In this document: positions 48,605 to 58,799 of the stretch, piece after piece
Layout of the letters: every line of letters starts with the position of its first letter
Position numbering within the stretch: position 1 is the first letter of the stretch
Assembly (NCBI GenBank): GCA_946567425.1
Contig: CAMNXF010000014.1
Span: 11,883 to 75,882 of the forward strand
Direction: 5' to 3'
From: an uncultured Clostridia bacterium
Lineage (GTDB): Bacteria > Bacillota > Clostridia > Oscillospirales > Ruminococcaceae
DNA: 64,000 nucleotides
The notes under the pieces: generated by a model
Seen by the model: the letters and a program-made list of their open reading frames with translations, nothing else
Databases searched by the model: none
Told to the model about the DNA's origin: nothing
Position numbers and translations under genes: made by a program

Positions 48605-48803
48605 CTGGCAGAGAAAATTGACGAGCCGCAAGCTGTGGGTGAGCGTCGCGGGATTTATCGCGGGAGTTATCGTTCTTGCAAACGGTTCGCAGGAGACCGC
48701 CGATAAAATTTCGGGAGCGATACTCTCGGGAGCGGCGGTCGTCGGCTACGTCCTCGGGGAGGGCTTGGCGGACAGCAATCAGAAGGAGGACGGGGACAGA
48801 TGA
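48594..48803 (+). CDS. Phage holin
   Basis: MKIDWQRKLTSRKLW.SVAGF, two TM segments, Y.LGEGLAD, charged tail. Confidence 0.8.
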   Translation: MKIDWQRKLTSRKLWVSVAGFIAGVIVLANGSQETADKISGAILSGAAVVGYVLGEGLADSNQKEDGDR

Positions 48804-49522
48804 GTATGACATTCAGCGCAATAGCGACTTTTTCGGACTGCTTTAAGCAGAATCGCAAAATGCCCAACGGCTTCCCCGAAGGCATAATCGTTCACTCCAC
48901 GGGCGCGGATAATCCTACGCTAAAGCGTTACGTCAACGCGCCCGACATTTGCGGAGTAAATTCCAATAAAAACTATTTCGGCGGCGAAAACTCAAATGAC
49001 GTAACTCCGCACGGCGTTATCGGAAAGGACAAGGACGGAGCGGTCAGGGCGGCGCAGATACTCCCTTACAATATATGCTGCTGGGGCTGCGGAACGGGAA
49101 AAAACGGCTCGTACAACTACAAGCCCGCATACATTCAGTTTGAGATCGCCGAGGATTCACTGAACGACAAGACGTACTTCGAGCAGGCGTTTGAGCTTAT
49201 GGCAAAGGTATGCGCGGAGCTTATGGAGCAATTCCCGACAATAAGGCTCGAGAATGTGATCTCCCATAAGGAGGCGTGTGCGCGCGGCTACGCGAGCAAT
49301 CACGGCGACCCTGAGAACTGGCTCTCGAAATTCGGCAGGGATATGAACTGGTTTCGTGACAAGGTCAAGGACTACATAAATACCCCGAACGCCGCGCCTG
49401 TTCCCGACGGCACGCTTTACCGCGTGCAGATAGGCGCATTCAGAAGCAGACAGAACGCCGAGAATTATCTCAAGGAAGCAAAGGCAAAGGGCTTTGACGG
49501 ATTTATTGTCAAAGCGGGTTAA
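48800..49522 (+). CDS. N-acetylmuramoyl-L-alanine amidase (Amidase_2) with SPOR domain, endolysin-like
   Basis: IIVHSTG, IQFEIAED, VISHKE..SNHGDP; C-terminal LYRVQIGAFRSRQNAE. Confidence 0.9.
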   Translation: MSMTFSAIATFSDCFKQNRKMPNGFPEGIIVHSTGADNPTLKRYVNAPDICGVNSNKNYFGGENSNDVTPHGVIGKDKDGAVRAAQILPYNICCWGCGTGKNGSYNYKPAYIQFEIAEDSLNDKTYFEQAFELMAKVCAELMEQFPTIRLENVISHKEACARGYASNHGDPENWLSKFGRDMNWFRDKVKDYINTPNAAPVPDGTLYRVQIGAFRSRQNAENYLKEAKAKGFDGFIVKAG

Positions 49523-49525
49523 CAC

Positions 49526-49559
49526 AAAAACAGCCCTTGACCGCGGTCAAGGGCTGTTG
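49526..49559. terminator. Bidirectional terminator
   Basis: AACAGCCCTTGACC-GC-GGTCAAGGGCTGTT. Confidence 0.8.
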
Positions 49560-49638
49560 AGCATAAAAAAATCCCCGGGACGAGGGGCGTCCCGGGAAAA
49601 CACAGAAAGGAGGTAAAATGAAAAACATTGAGATTGTC

Positions 49639-50754
49639 TTAAACTACGCCGCCCTTGTTGATATAAACGGGGAAGTCGGCGGAACCTGTGATCGTGCGGT
49701 TTTTCGTGATAGTAACGTCCTTGTCCGCGATTGCGTTGATGAACGTTGCCTTCTCCTCGATAACCGCGCCCTGCATTACGATACTGTCCTTGATAACCGC
49801 GCCCTTGCCTACCTTAACGCCGCGGAACAGAACGGAGTTCTCGACAATGCCGTCGATAATGCAGCCGTCCGCGATAAGCGATGATTTGACGGAGCAATCA
49901 ATACCGTACTTCGCGGGAGCGACGTCGCGCACCTTGGTGTAGATCGGCGTATCGAGCGAGAATACCTCGCGCGATATTTCGCGGTTCTTCATATCCATAG
50001 TCGCCTTGTAGTAGGTCTTCATTGAGTCGATTATCTCGAAATACTTGTCGTACTTGTAGCCCATTATCTTGAAATCGTGCAGCTTGTGCTGGAGGATATC
50101 CGTTTCAAAGCTGTACAGGCTGCGGCATTCGCTCTCGCGGATAAGACCGTCGAGGAACGCTCTGCGCATAACGTAAACGTTTAGCGCGACGTTCATTTCG
50201 CCGCTGATAGCGGGTCTTGCCAGCACGTCGTAAACAACATTGTCCTCGTTGACGCAGAGAACGGTCTGTGTGAGCGCTCTCTCAACGGAGTAAACTCCGC
50301 TGCCGTAAACGCAGGTGATATCCGCGCCGTTCTTCTCATGGAAGTCAACGATAGGGCGCAAATCCATATTCGCGATAACGTTGCTGTCCGCCATAACGAC
50401 GTATTCCGCGTTGCTCTCGCGGATAAACTCCGCCGAGCCCGCAAGCGCCTCAAGTCTGCCGCGGTAAATACCCGTACCCTCTCTTCCGTAGGGCGGGAGA
50501 ATATGCAGACCGCCCGTCTTTCTCGCAAGATCCCACTCCGAGCCCATGCCGAGGTGGTTCATCAGCGAATAGTAATTCTGTTTAGTGATAATGCCGACCT
50601 GTGTAATGCCCGAGTTTACCATACCCGACAGCGGAAAATCCACCAGACGGTATTTGCTTCCGAACGGAACGCTTGCCATCGCTCTCGCCTTGGTCAATTC
50701 GGGAAGGGTTTGTTCGTGCATATTAGCAAAAATCAAGCCCAGAACTTTAGCCAT
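49639..50754 (-). CDS. glgD: Glucose-1-phosphate adenylyltransferase regulatory subunit
   Basis: SVPFGSKYRLVDFPLS, WDLARK.GGL.ILPP, PIYTKVRD.AP; follows glgC. Confidence 0.93.
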   Translation of the reverse strand: MAKVLGLIFANMHEQTLPELTKARAMASVPFGSKYRLVDFPLSGMVNSGITQVGIITKQNYYSLMNHLGMGSEWDLARKTGGLHILPPYGREGTGIYRGRLEALAGSAEFIRESNAEYVVMADSNVIANMDLRPIVDFHEKNGADITCVYGSGVYSVERALTQTVLCVNEDNVVYDVLARPAISGEMNVALNVYVMRRAFLDGLIRESECRSLYSFETDILQHKLHDFKIMGYKYDKYFEIIDSMKTYYKATMDMKNREISREVFSLDTPIYTKVRDVAPAKYGIDCSVKSSLIADGCIIDGIVENSVLFRGVKVGKGAVIKDSIVMQGAVIEEKATFINAIADKDVTITKNRTITGSADFPVYINKGGVV

Positions 50755-50782
50755 ACTTGCCATATCAAACGATCCTCCTATA

Positions 50783-51988
50783 TTATATATCCTTAGAAAT
50801 CATAGCCTTAGGCGGCGCGACCGCTTTGTCCGAAACGCTTACGCGGTGTCCGATAACCGCAACGCCCCACTGCGATTTATCCTCGATAAGCTCGGGACGC
50901 TCGCCGATATGCGCGCCCTCACCAATAACGCAGTCCTCGCCGACGATAGCGTACTCGATAACCGCACCCTTCTTGATAACGGAATTCGGCATTATAATGG
51001 AGTCGCGCACGATAGCGCCCTCCTCGACGGTAACGCCCGCGAACAGCACCGAGAAATCGATCATACCGTTGATATCGCAGCCCTCCGCGATCATCGAGTT
51101 CTCAATTCTCGACTGCGGACCTGCGTAGTGCGGCGGCATAACGGGGTTACGCGAGTAAATTTTCCAGCTGTCGTCCAGCAGGTCGAGCGGAACGTTCGGG
51201 TCGAGAACGTCCATATTTGCCTCCCAAAGAGAGTCGATAGTGCCGACGTCTTTCCAGTAGCCGTCGAAATGGTAAGCGACCATTTTCTCCTTGTTCTCCA
51301 GCATTGCGGGGATTATGTTTTTGCCGAAGTCCTTGGTCGCGCCCTCGTCGTTTTCGTTGTCGATGAGGTACTTGCGCAGTTTTGACCATGTAAACACGTA
51401 AACGCCCATTGACGCGAGATTCGATTTCGGCTCTTTCGGCTTCTCCGCGAACTCGTAGATAACGTCGTCATCGTCCACGCTCATGATACCGAAACGCGGA
51501 GCCTCCTCCCACGGCACTTCAAGAACGGCGATAGTAGCGTCCGCATTGTGCTGCTTGTGGAAATCGACCATCTTGGAGTAATTCATCTTGTAAATGTGGT
51601 CTCCCGAGAGTATAGCCACATATTCGGGATTGTATCTGTCAATAAAGCTGATATTCTGGTAAATGGCGTTCGCCGTACCCGAATACCATGACTTGCCCGC
51701 CGCTGTCTCGTAAGGCGGCAGAACGTGCACGCCGCCGTGCGCGCGGTCGAGACCCCAAGGCTGACCGTTGCCGATATACTCATTGAGCACCATCGGCTGA
51801 TACTGTGTCAGCACGCCGACCGTGTCGATACCCGAGTTTACGCAGTTTGACAGCGGGAAATCAATAATTCTGTATTTTCCGCCGTAAGGAACGGCGGGCT
51901 TTGCCATGTCCTGAGTAAGCGCGTAGAGACGGCTGCCTTGTCCGCCCGCCAGCAACATAGCGACGCACTCTTTTTTAATGTGGTTCAT
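50783..51988 (-). CDS. glgC: Glucose-1-phosphate adenylyltransferase
   Basis: [41 protein letters not shown]. Confidence 0.97.
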   Translation of the reverse strand: MNHIKKECVAMLLAGGQGSRLYALTQDMAKPAVPYGGKYRIIDFPLSNCVNSGIDTVGVLTQYQPMVLNEYIGNGQPWGLDRAHGGVHVLPPYETAAGKSWYSGTANAIYQNISFIDRYNPEYVAILSGDHIYKMNYSKMVDFHKQHNADATIAVLEVPWEEAPRFGIMSVDDDDVIYEFAEKPKEPKSNLASMGVYVFTWSKLRKYLIDNENDEGATKDFGKNIIPAMLENKEKMVAYHFDGYWKDVGTIDSLWEANMDVLDPNVPLDLLDDSWKIYSRNPVMPPHYAGPQSRIENSMIAEGCDINGMIDFSVLFAGVTVEEGAIVRDSIIMPNSVIKKGAVIEYAIVGEDCVIGEGAHIGERPELIEDKSQWGVAVIGHRVSVSDKAVAPPKAMISKDI

Positions 51989-52006
51989 AAAGTTTCCTCC
52001 CAAAAA

Positions 52007-54097
52007 TTATTTGCCGTTATTTTTTGCCTTTTCCGTTTTCTCGGTATCGGGCTTTGTTTCCTTAGCTTCGGGCTTTTCAGCCGCTGCGGTTTTTTCAGGC
52101 ATTTCAGCCTTTTCGGTTTTCTCCGTTTTCGCGGACTTTTCTCCCTTTTCAGACTTATTGTCTGTGTGAGGGTGAACGAGCGTTTCCGTAAACTCCGCGT
52201 CTACCGCTTCGGGGTCGCGGATATTGACAGGCTTGAGGTACATTACCGACATAGGCGGAATGTCAAGCGATATCCTGTACTGCTCGCTGTGCATAGGCTC
52301 TTTTTTCGCAGTAACGGTTTTGTTGGTAATGCCGCTGCCGCCAAACTTTACATCGTCCGAATTGAATATCTCTTCATAGTCCGCAAAGTACGGAACGCCT
52401 ATTTCGTAGACCTCATGGCGCACAGGCTGGAAGTTGCACACGACGATGATCTCGTCCTTGTTCTTGGCGATACGCCTGAACGCGATAACGGAGTTCTGGT
52501 TGTCCTCCGCCGATATCCAGTGGAAGCCCTCCCAACTCGTATCGCACTCCCACAGCGCGGGAGTTTCCTTGTACAGCTTGTTGATAGCCTTTACATACTC
52601 GTGATACTTGTAGTGCGGTTCAAATTCCAGAACCTCCCAATCGAGCTGCGACTGGAAATTCCACTCCTTGTACTGAGCAAACTCCTGTCCCATAAACATC
52701 AGCTTTTTGCCGGGGTGAGCCATCATATAGCCGAGGAATGTCCTCATCGAATGGAAACGGTACTCGCGCGGTCCGCCCATTTTGTCGAGCATAGAGCACT
52801 TTCCGTAAACCACCTCGTCGTGGCTTATCGGGAGCACATAGTTCTCGGAGAATGCGTAGTAGAACGAGAAAGTAACCAGATTGTGGTTGTATGGTCTGCC
52901 GAGCGGATCCATGCTCATATAGCGGAGCATATCATTCATCCAGCCCATATTCCACTTAAAGTTGAAGCCCAATCCGCCGATGTCAGCGGGCTTTGTTACC
53001 ATAGGCCAAGCGGTCGATTCCTCCGCGATCATAAGGATATTCGGGTGCTCCTTAAATACCGCCGCGTTTAGCTTCTGCAGAAACGCGATGGCCTCGATAT
53101 TCTCCTTGCCGCCCTGCTTGTTCGGGCGCCACTCGCCCTGTCTGCGGTCATAATCGAGATAAAGCATCGAAGCCACTGCGTCCACGCGCAGCCCGTCGAT
53201 GTGGTACTTCTCTATCCAGTAATTCGCGTTGGAAACAAGATATGACTGAACCTCAGGCTTTCCCCAATCGAATATATGAGTGCCCCAGTTTTTATGCTCG
53301 CGCTTGAGCGGATCGACATACTCGTAGCAGCTCTCGCCGTCCCATTCGTACAAGCCCGCTGCGTCCTTAGGAAAATGTGCCGGAACCCAGTCCACGATAA
53401 CGCCGATACCCGCCTGATGGCATTTATCAATAAACGCCATAAAGTCGTGCGGCGTACCGAAACGCGAGGTAGGCGCGAAATAGCCGATCTGCTGATATCC
53501 CCACGAGCCGTCAAACGGATATTCGCCGATAGGCATAAGCTCGACGTGAGTGTAGCCCATTTCCTTGACATAAGGAATAAGCGCATCGGCAAGCATTTTA
53601 TAGCTGAGATAGTTCTCACCGGATTTTCTCCACGAGCCGATATTTACCTCGTAAATGTTTATCGGGCTTTCATAGACATTGGTCTTTGAAAGCGTGTCCA
53701 TATACTTCTTGTCTTTCCATGCGTATCCCTCGATATCGAAGAACTTTGTAGCCGTGTTCGGACGCAGTTCCATGTGATACCCGTAGGGATCTGCCTTGAG
53801 CTTAATAAGCCCGTCTGGAGCTTCCACGCTGTACTTGTAGTTGTCGAATTGCTTAATGCCCTCGACATAAAGCTCCCAGATACCGCCGTCGCTGATCTTA
53901 TTCATATAGTTCAGCGTTCTGTCCCAATGGTTGAAATCGCCGACTATACTTACCGACTTTGCATGAGGTGCCCAACATCTGAAAACAACGCCGTTCTTTT
54001 CCTTATGCGAGCCGAAAAAATCATAAGCGTGCGCATTCTCTCCCTGGTGGAACAAATGCAGCGGTACATTGTATTGCTCGGGAACAACAATTGCCAT
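52007..54097 (-). CDS. glgB: 1,4-alpha-glucan branching enzyme (GH13)
   Basis: FRCWAPHA, YEVNIGSW, WGYQ, DWVPAHF, LRVDAVASMLY, IAEEST, SHDEVV. Confidence 0.97.
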   Translation of the reverse strand: MAIVVPEQYNVPLHLFHQGENAHAYDFFGSHKEKNGVVFRCWAPHAKSVSIVGDFNHWDRTLNYMNKISDGGIWELYVEGIKQFDNYKYSVEAPDGLIKLKADPYGYHMELRPNTATKFFDIEGYAWKDKKYMDTLSKTNVYESPINIYEVNIGSWRKSGENYLSYKMLADALIPYVKEMGYTHVELMPIGEYPFDGSWGYQQIGYFAPTSRFGTPHDFMAFIDKCHQAGIGVIVDWVPAHFPKDAAGLYEWDGESCYEYVDPLKREHKNWGTHIFDWGKPEVQSYLVSNANYWIEKYHIDGLRVDAVASMLYLDYDRRQGEWRPNKQGGKENIEAIAFLQKLNAAVFKEHPNILMIAEESTAWPMVTKPADIGGLGFNFKWNMGWMNDMLRYMSMDPLGRPYNHNLVTFSFYYAFSENYVLPISHDEVVYGKCSMLDKMGGPREYRFHSMRTFLGYMMAHPGKKLMFMGQEFAQYKEWNFQSQLDWEVLEFEPHYKYHEYVKAINKLYKETPALWECDTSWEGFHWISAEDNQNSVIAFRRIAKNKDEIIVVCNFQPVRHEVYEIGVPYFADYEEIFNSDDVKFGGSGITNKTVTAKKEPMHSEQYRISLDIPPMSVMYLKPVNIRDPEAVDAEFTETLVHPHTDNKSEKGEKSAKTEKTEKAEMPEKTAAAEKPEAKETKPDTEKTEKAKNNGK

Positions 54098-54219
54098 GTT
54101 ATCAATACCTCCCTTTGGAGCCTGTTCCTGTCAAGCTCCGTTCTCTGTAAAAACGCGTCACACCCGATTTGATTATTTTCACCAAAAACCAAACCAAAGC
54201 GCCGTGTTTCTTTATTACT

Positions 54220-54248
54220 ATTGTAGCATATTTGCTAAAATTTTGCAA
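54220..54248 (-). promoter_or_regulatory. SigA promoter of glgBCD
   Basis: Minus strand TTGCAA-17 nt-TACAAT with TG extension. Confidence 0.75.
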
Positions 54249-54330
54249 GTGTTTTGTTAATTTTTATGGAATTTAACATTTTCTTGTTAATTTTTTGGCA
54301 ATTTTACACAACAAAAAAATGAAAATTGAT

Positions 54331-54344
54331 TGAAAACGTTTTCA
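54331..54344. promoter_or_regulatory. cre-like/LacI-family operator
   Basis: Perfect palindrome TGAAAACGTTTTCA fits TGWNANCGNTNWCA. Confidence 0.65.
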
Positions 54345-54974
54345 TTGTTAATTTATCAAGAATTTTTTGCTGTATTTGCCAATATCTGGTAGAGATGAGA
54401 GTAAGGCACGGTGAACGCTGCCTTTACGGCAAGAGGTTTATTCTTTGAGGTGTGGGCATTTGGATTGGGCTACCTGTCCGTTTGAACTTTTCTCCCACGC
54501 ACAGCTTCTCTCTCCATTGCCGCACTTTTCCCCCGCTGTTTTGTAACGGAAAACAAACACAAAAACGTTAAAAATCTTTACACTGTGACACTCAAAAACA
54601 CAGAAACCCCTATCGGCTGGATTAGTAAGCAGACAGGTGGCAACATTCAAACCCATAGAAAAGGTAATATCGCCCTAAATTCAAAATCATTGGAAAATAT
54701 GGAAAGGGGAGAGGGCGAATTGACGCAAACGTCAAACCTGGAGAGCGCGAGAGGAAACCCATAGGGGAGGGGGAACTACGCATTTTTGTCGGATTTTGTT
54801 GTTAGGATCAATGAAGCTGATCCGCCCTCCCCGAAAGGTTTCCTCTCGCAACCGTACGCCAACACATAAAAATGAAACGAAACTACAACAAAACACAAAT
54901 AGGCTTTTGCCGCCACAAAACAACATTGAAATTAAGATGCTCGCGGCAAGCGCAGTGTTATCCCCAAATAATGT

Positions 54975-57236
54975 TTAACTTCCTACGGCTACGGCTATAA
55001 CGCTTATATCGTCGTCGCGTCCGTTTTCGGCAGCACGTGCCGCCTTAGCTATCCGTTCGGAGAGTTCGCACGGCTCAACGCGCTGCGACAGCTCCCTTGA
55101 AAGCCACTTTTCGTCCAGAACCGCGCCGTCGGTCGTCATTACAATAACGTCGCCGACCCCGATGGTGAACCTTTGCGCAGGTACGGTGAGCTTACCGCCC
55201 AGCCCCGCGGGCGGCGAGGACAGCGCTGCTCTGATGAGTTTATTCGCCGACTTTATATATGTAGTCGCCGCGCCCGCCTTGTATACGGCGCATTCGCCGC
55301 TGTTCAGGTCTATACGGCAGATGTCGAGCGTGGCAAAGCTCTCGTCCGCGCTCTTCACCATAAGCACCGTGTTTACCGTTTCAAGAGCGGCAGGCAGAGA
55401 TATTCCGCCTTTCAGCAGCTTTGACAGCACGGAACACGCCATTGCCGAATCGACCCGTGCGCGGCTGCCCGTTCCCATGCCGTCCGAGAGAATAACATAC
55501 AGCGCTCCCGAAGCGTCGGTGAACGTGTCATAACAATCGCCGCAGACATTGTTCTGTCCGCGCGGAAGCTGATACGCGCCTATCTTTGCGGAAAGCGCGG
55601 TGCGTTCGTTCGCGGTTATGCGGTAGCGTCCGCTGCTGCCCGTTATCTCGGGGAGCTCCAGATCGCGTCCTAACGCCTTGATGAGCAGCGTTCCAAGATA
55701 TTCCTTGGTAACGCGCGGCTCGGTCGTGCCGTATGCCTCGAATTTCAGCTTGCCGCGCTTGTCAAACATCACGAATGCCTGCGGCAGCTCCACGCCGTTC
55801 TCGCGGAGTATCTTCTCGGCGCGTTTTTCCGACGGCCTCGCGCGGTTCGCCGACTTCACCTCCGATTTAAGACTGCCCAAATCACGCAGAATATCGCGCA
55901 AGCCCTCCAGCTGATCGACATAAATTCTCCGCAGCTCGCGAACGCGGCGCTCGTCCGACGCCGCCGAAAGGAAACGTGAATACTCGGATGTGATTGCGCG
56001 CATAACTCCGCCCTTATTGACGCACTCCTCCGCGCACTCGGGCGACATGGAAAATTCGGTAAGTTCAAATCCCGTGCGAAGCTGCATTACCAGCCGCGAA
56101 AATTCCTTGCGGAACTGTTCGTATTTTTTCCCCCAGCATATCATGGAATTCGGACAGCTGCGGCACGCCTTGTCCGCGGCGCGTTCGGCTACCTGCTCGG
56201 GGCTCAGTGAGTATTTGCGGTCAAGAGTGTCCGCCGCCGCGTTTATTCCCGAGCCGATACCGCCTATCGCGTCCGCCGCGAAATTAAGACGTTCGCGCAG
56301 CATAAGCGCGACGGTGCTGTCCGAAAAATCGCTCTCGGGCACTTTGATCTTCTCAATAGGTATGCAGATAAACGCCGCCGCGGAGACCACCGCCTCGACA
56401 AGTATCTTCCAAGAATCCTCGCCTATACCGAGTACCGGAATACCTGCGGCACAAAAAAACACAAACCCCACTGACCGCGCTATTTTTCCGTATTTCGTGA
56501 ACGCACAGCTCGCCGCCGCCGAAAATGCGATAAGCGCCGCGTTCGTCACAGCCGTAATACCGTTTGCGCAAAAACCGAGAAGAGCGGGTACGGCGATGAC
56601 CGCATACCACGCCAGTCCCCTCCGCGCGGTCACGACAAGCAGAACAAAGCCGAGTATAAGACCGCCGATATTCGCGAACGGATAGTCCAGCGCGCCCAGC
56701 GAGATAAAACCGAGCGCCGCCGCAATTCCGCATAACGTGCAATCGCGCGGCTCGGAAACGTCTATCCCGCGCACCTTTTCCGTATCGCACAACAGGCACA
56801 CGCAAAGCGCAAGCACTCCCGAAACGAGCGCCGACACTATCACGCGCAGAAGTTCCGAGGTATCACCCGTCTCGGATATTCTCGCGAAAAACACCGCGAA
56901 CGCAGCTGCGAAAAAGCGCTCCCCCGCGCGTAATTTCGCGTTGTTAAGGTCGGGAATGACCCGTGCCGCCAGCACGATCGCGATCGCCGCCAAGCTCAAT
57001 AGCGCAGTCGGAAAGCCGCGCAGCAGCGCTCCCAACGCGCCGCCGAGCGCCGCGCAGACACAGCGTTTTCCCGACAGACCCGCGACCAGAGCCGCCGCTG
57101 CGGGAGCCGCAGTAAGTCCGGACGAGCCGAGTTCCGCCCCCAGACCCAGAACCGCCCAGACCGCGTTCTCCTTTAAAAAATCCCCCCAGTGCGAGAAGTC
57201 CGTTTCCCGCTTAAATAATGCCGCTTTGTCAGTCAT
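54975..57236 (-). CDS. spoIIE: Stage II sporulation protein E (membrane PP2C phosphatase)
   Basis: TM N-terminus, C..C.....CW region, VCGD, ILSDGMGTG, ESFATLD, KAGAA, VM.TDG, DDISV; true start ATG 57236. Confidence 0.9.
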   Translation of the reverse strand: MTDKAALFKRETDFSHWGDFLKENAVWAVLGLGAELGSSGLTAAPAAAALVAGLSGKRCVCAALGGALGALLRGFPTALLSLAAIAIVLAARVIPDLNNAKLRAGERFFAAAFAVFFARISETGDTSELLRVIVSALVSGVLALCVCLLCDTEKVRGIDVSEPRDCTLCGIAAALGFISLGALDYPFANIGGLILGFVLLVVTARRGLAWYAVIAVPALLGFCANGITAVTNAALIAFSAAASCAFTKYGKIARSVGFVFFCAAGIPVLGIGEDSWKILVEAVVSAAAFICIPIEKIKVPESDFSDSTVALMLRERLNFAADAIGGIGSGINAAADTLDRKYSLSPEQVAERAADKACRSCPNSMICWGKKYEQFRKEFSRLVMQLRTGFELTEFSMSPECAEECVNKGGVMRAITSEYSRFLSAASDERRVRELRRIYVDQLEGLRDILRDLGSLKSEVKSANRARPSEKRAEKILRENGVELPQAFVMFDKRGKLKFEAYGTTEPRVTKEYLGTLLIKALGRDLELPEITGSSGRYRITANERTALSAKIGAYQLPRGQNNVCGDCYDTFTDASGALYVILSDGMGTGSRARVDSAMACSVLSKLLKGGISLPAALETVNTVLMVKSADESFATLDICRIDLNSGECAVYKAGAATTYIKSANKLIRAALSSPPAGLGGKLTVPAQRFTIGVGDVIVMTTDGAVLDEKWLSRELSQRVEPCELSERIAKAARAAENGRDDDISVIAVAVGS

Positions 57237-57462
57237 TTTCTCTAACGTCCTTTCGATTGATTTTCCCCAAATTACAATTCGGTTATTATATAATATCACC
57301 GAGACTCTGAAAATGCTGTCATAAACGGTTGTTGAAAACGGAGCGTTTTTGAGGGCTTTGCGCGGATTTTTCGGGATAGCGGATATATTCGGCGGCAAAC
57401 AAAAAATCCCCCCGAATTTCTTCGGGGGAATATGCCGTTTCAGGGAATTGCGTGATATTCGC

Positions 57463-57903
57463 TTACACGCCGCCATTCTCGGTAGAGTAGACCACGCTGT
57501 CTCCGTCAAGTATCTCAAAGCCGCCGTTGTCGCCCTCAATGACGATCCCGCAGCCGTTAGGAGCGCCGTCATCGGGCAGGTCGATCTCGACCATTTGAGC
57601 CTTGCCGTCGTCGCCGACAGTGTATTCCGTGACGGTGCCCTGTACCTCCTTGCCGTTTACAAAGAAGCTGAACGTCTTTGTGATATTGTCCATAACAGCA
57701 CCGTCGGTTGCCGCGTTTGCGGTAACGAGCGACAGAGCGCCCGTTGCGGTTATGGCGGCAGCGATAAGCAGCGGTTTAATATTAAAGTGTTTCATTGGTT
57801 TATCCTCCTCGATACGCGACAAAACGGCAGTCTTGATTTTCTCGGCGCTTTTGTCGGCAGCCGTTTCCTCGTCAAAGCATTTTTTCAGCAGTTCTTCAAG
57901 CAT
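57463..57903 (-). CDS. Single-TM putative anti-sigma factor
   Basis: Overlaps ECF sigma stop; soluble N-terminus, one TM, short extracellular part. Confidence 0.6.
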   Translation of the reverse strand: MLEELLKKCFDEETAADKSAEKIKTAVLSRIEEDKPMKHFNIKPLLIAAAITATGALSLVTANAATDGAVMDNITKTFSFFVNGKEVQGTVTEYTVGDDGKAQMVEIDLPDDGAPNGCGIVIEGDNGGFEILDGDSVVYSTENGGV

Positions 57904-58450
57904 GATCAAAACCCCTTTTCGTCAGATATTCTTTAAGTTTATTTCGTGTTCGGGAGAGCACAGAGCGGATCGAGCCTTCCGATATATTCATCCGTTCAGC
58001 TATCTCGGGAGTACTCTCGCCGTAGAAGTAATATCTCGCGAACACCTCGCGTTCTTTCTCCTGCAATTGCTCAAGCCCCTTGTCAAGACATCGCAGCATA
58101 TCGTGCAGCCGCGCCGCGTCCTCAACGGAAAATTCGCTTGGTATCTCAAGCTCCGAAATATCCTCGCACGGCGGTTTCACGGATTTGAAACGATCCTTGA
58201 CCGCGTTCCTCGCCATCGCCGAAAGATACGAACGGAAACCCGTTTTCGTGTCGAGATTTTCCCTATGCTGCCAAAGCGAAAAGAAAACGTCCGAGCAAAG
58301 CTCGTCAATATCCTGCTCCGAAAACGTTCCGCGCGAAAAATTGCGGATAACGGTGCGGACGTATCCCGTATAGCAGTCGATAATCTCTTTCAATGCAGCC
58401 GTATCGCCTTTTCTCAGCTTTACGGCAAGCGTTTTTTCCTTTGTCTGCAT
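57896..58450 (-). CDS. ECF RNA polymerase sigma factor
   Basis: DELCSDVFFSLW, SYLSAMARN, region 4 EIAERMNISEGSIRSVLSRTR. Confidence 0.93.
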   Translation of the reverse strand: MQTKEKTLAVKLRKGDTAALKEIIDCYTGYVRTVIRNFSRGTFSEQDIDELCSDVFFSLWQHRENLDTKTGFRSYLSAMARNAVKDRFKSVKPPCEDISELEIPSEFSVEDAARLHDMLRCLDKGLEQLQEKEREVFARYYFYGESTPEIAERMNISEGSIRSVLSRTRNKLKEYLTKRGFDHA

Positions 58451-58799
58451 ATCCTCACGACCTCCAAGCGAAATGCTGCGCAGCAATCGTTTTTTGCCCT
58501 CTCACTATTATATACGACCCGTTTTTAAAAACGCGGCAAAATCTTTTGTATTTTCTTATTTGCTGTGCTTACATTGCTGCCAACACTATATTATAATGTA
58601 TCATCAAAAAAGCATTGCACTGAATGGGGATTTTTTACACAAGTGTTTAATATTTTCCTTCATATCAAATTTGATATTGTATTATTTAACAAATAAATTG
58701 TGCAAAATCCACAAAAATCAAACTTTATATTGCAAATTTTTTCGGAGAATGCTATAATTTTATTATAGCAACAGTTCTTCTTTGACAAGGAGTTTTAAT

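Noticed and set aside
54520-54650. Cobalamin-box-like CCCCCGCTG..TGTAA and T-box-like AGGTGGCAAC words
   Set aside because: Other required elements (AGGGAA, specifier stem, antiterminator) are missing.
57237-57572. 112-aa N-terminal extension of spoIIE in the ORF track
   Set aside because: Overlaps the upstream gene, terminator and promoter region; ATG at 57236 is the plausible start. Similar over-extensions were trimmed for dnaX, ppa, fsa and rubredoxin.
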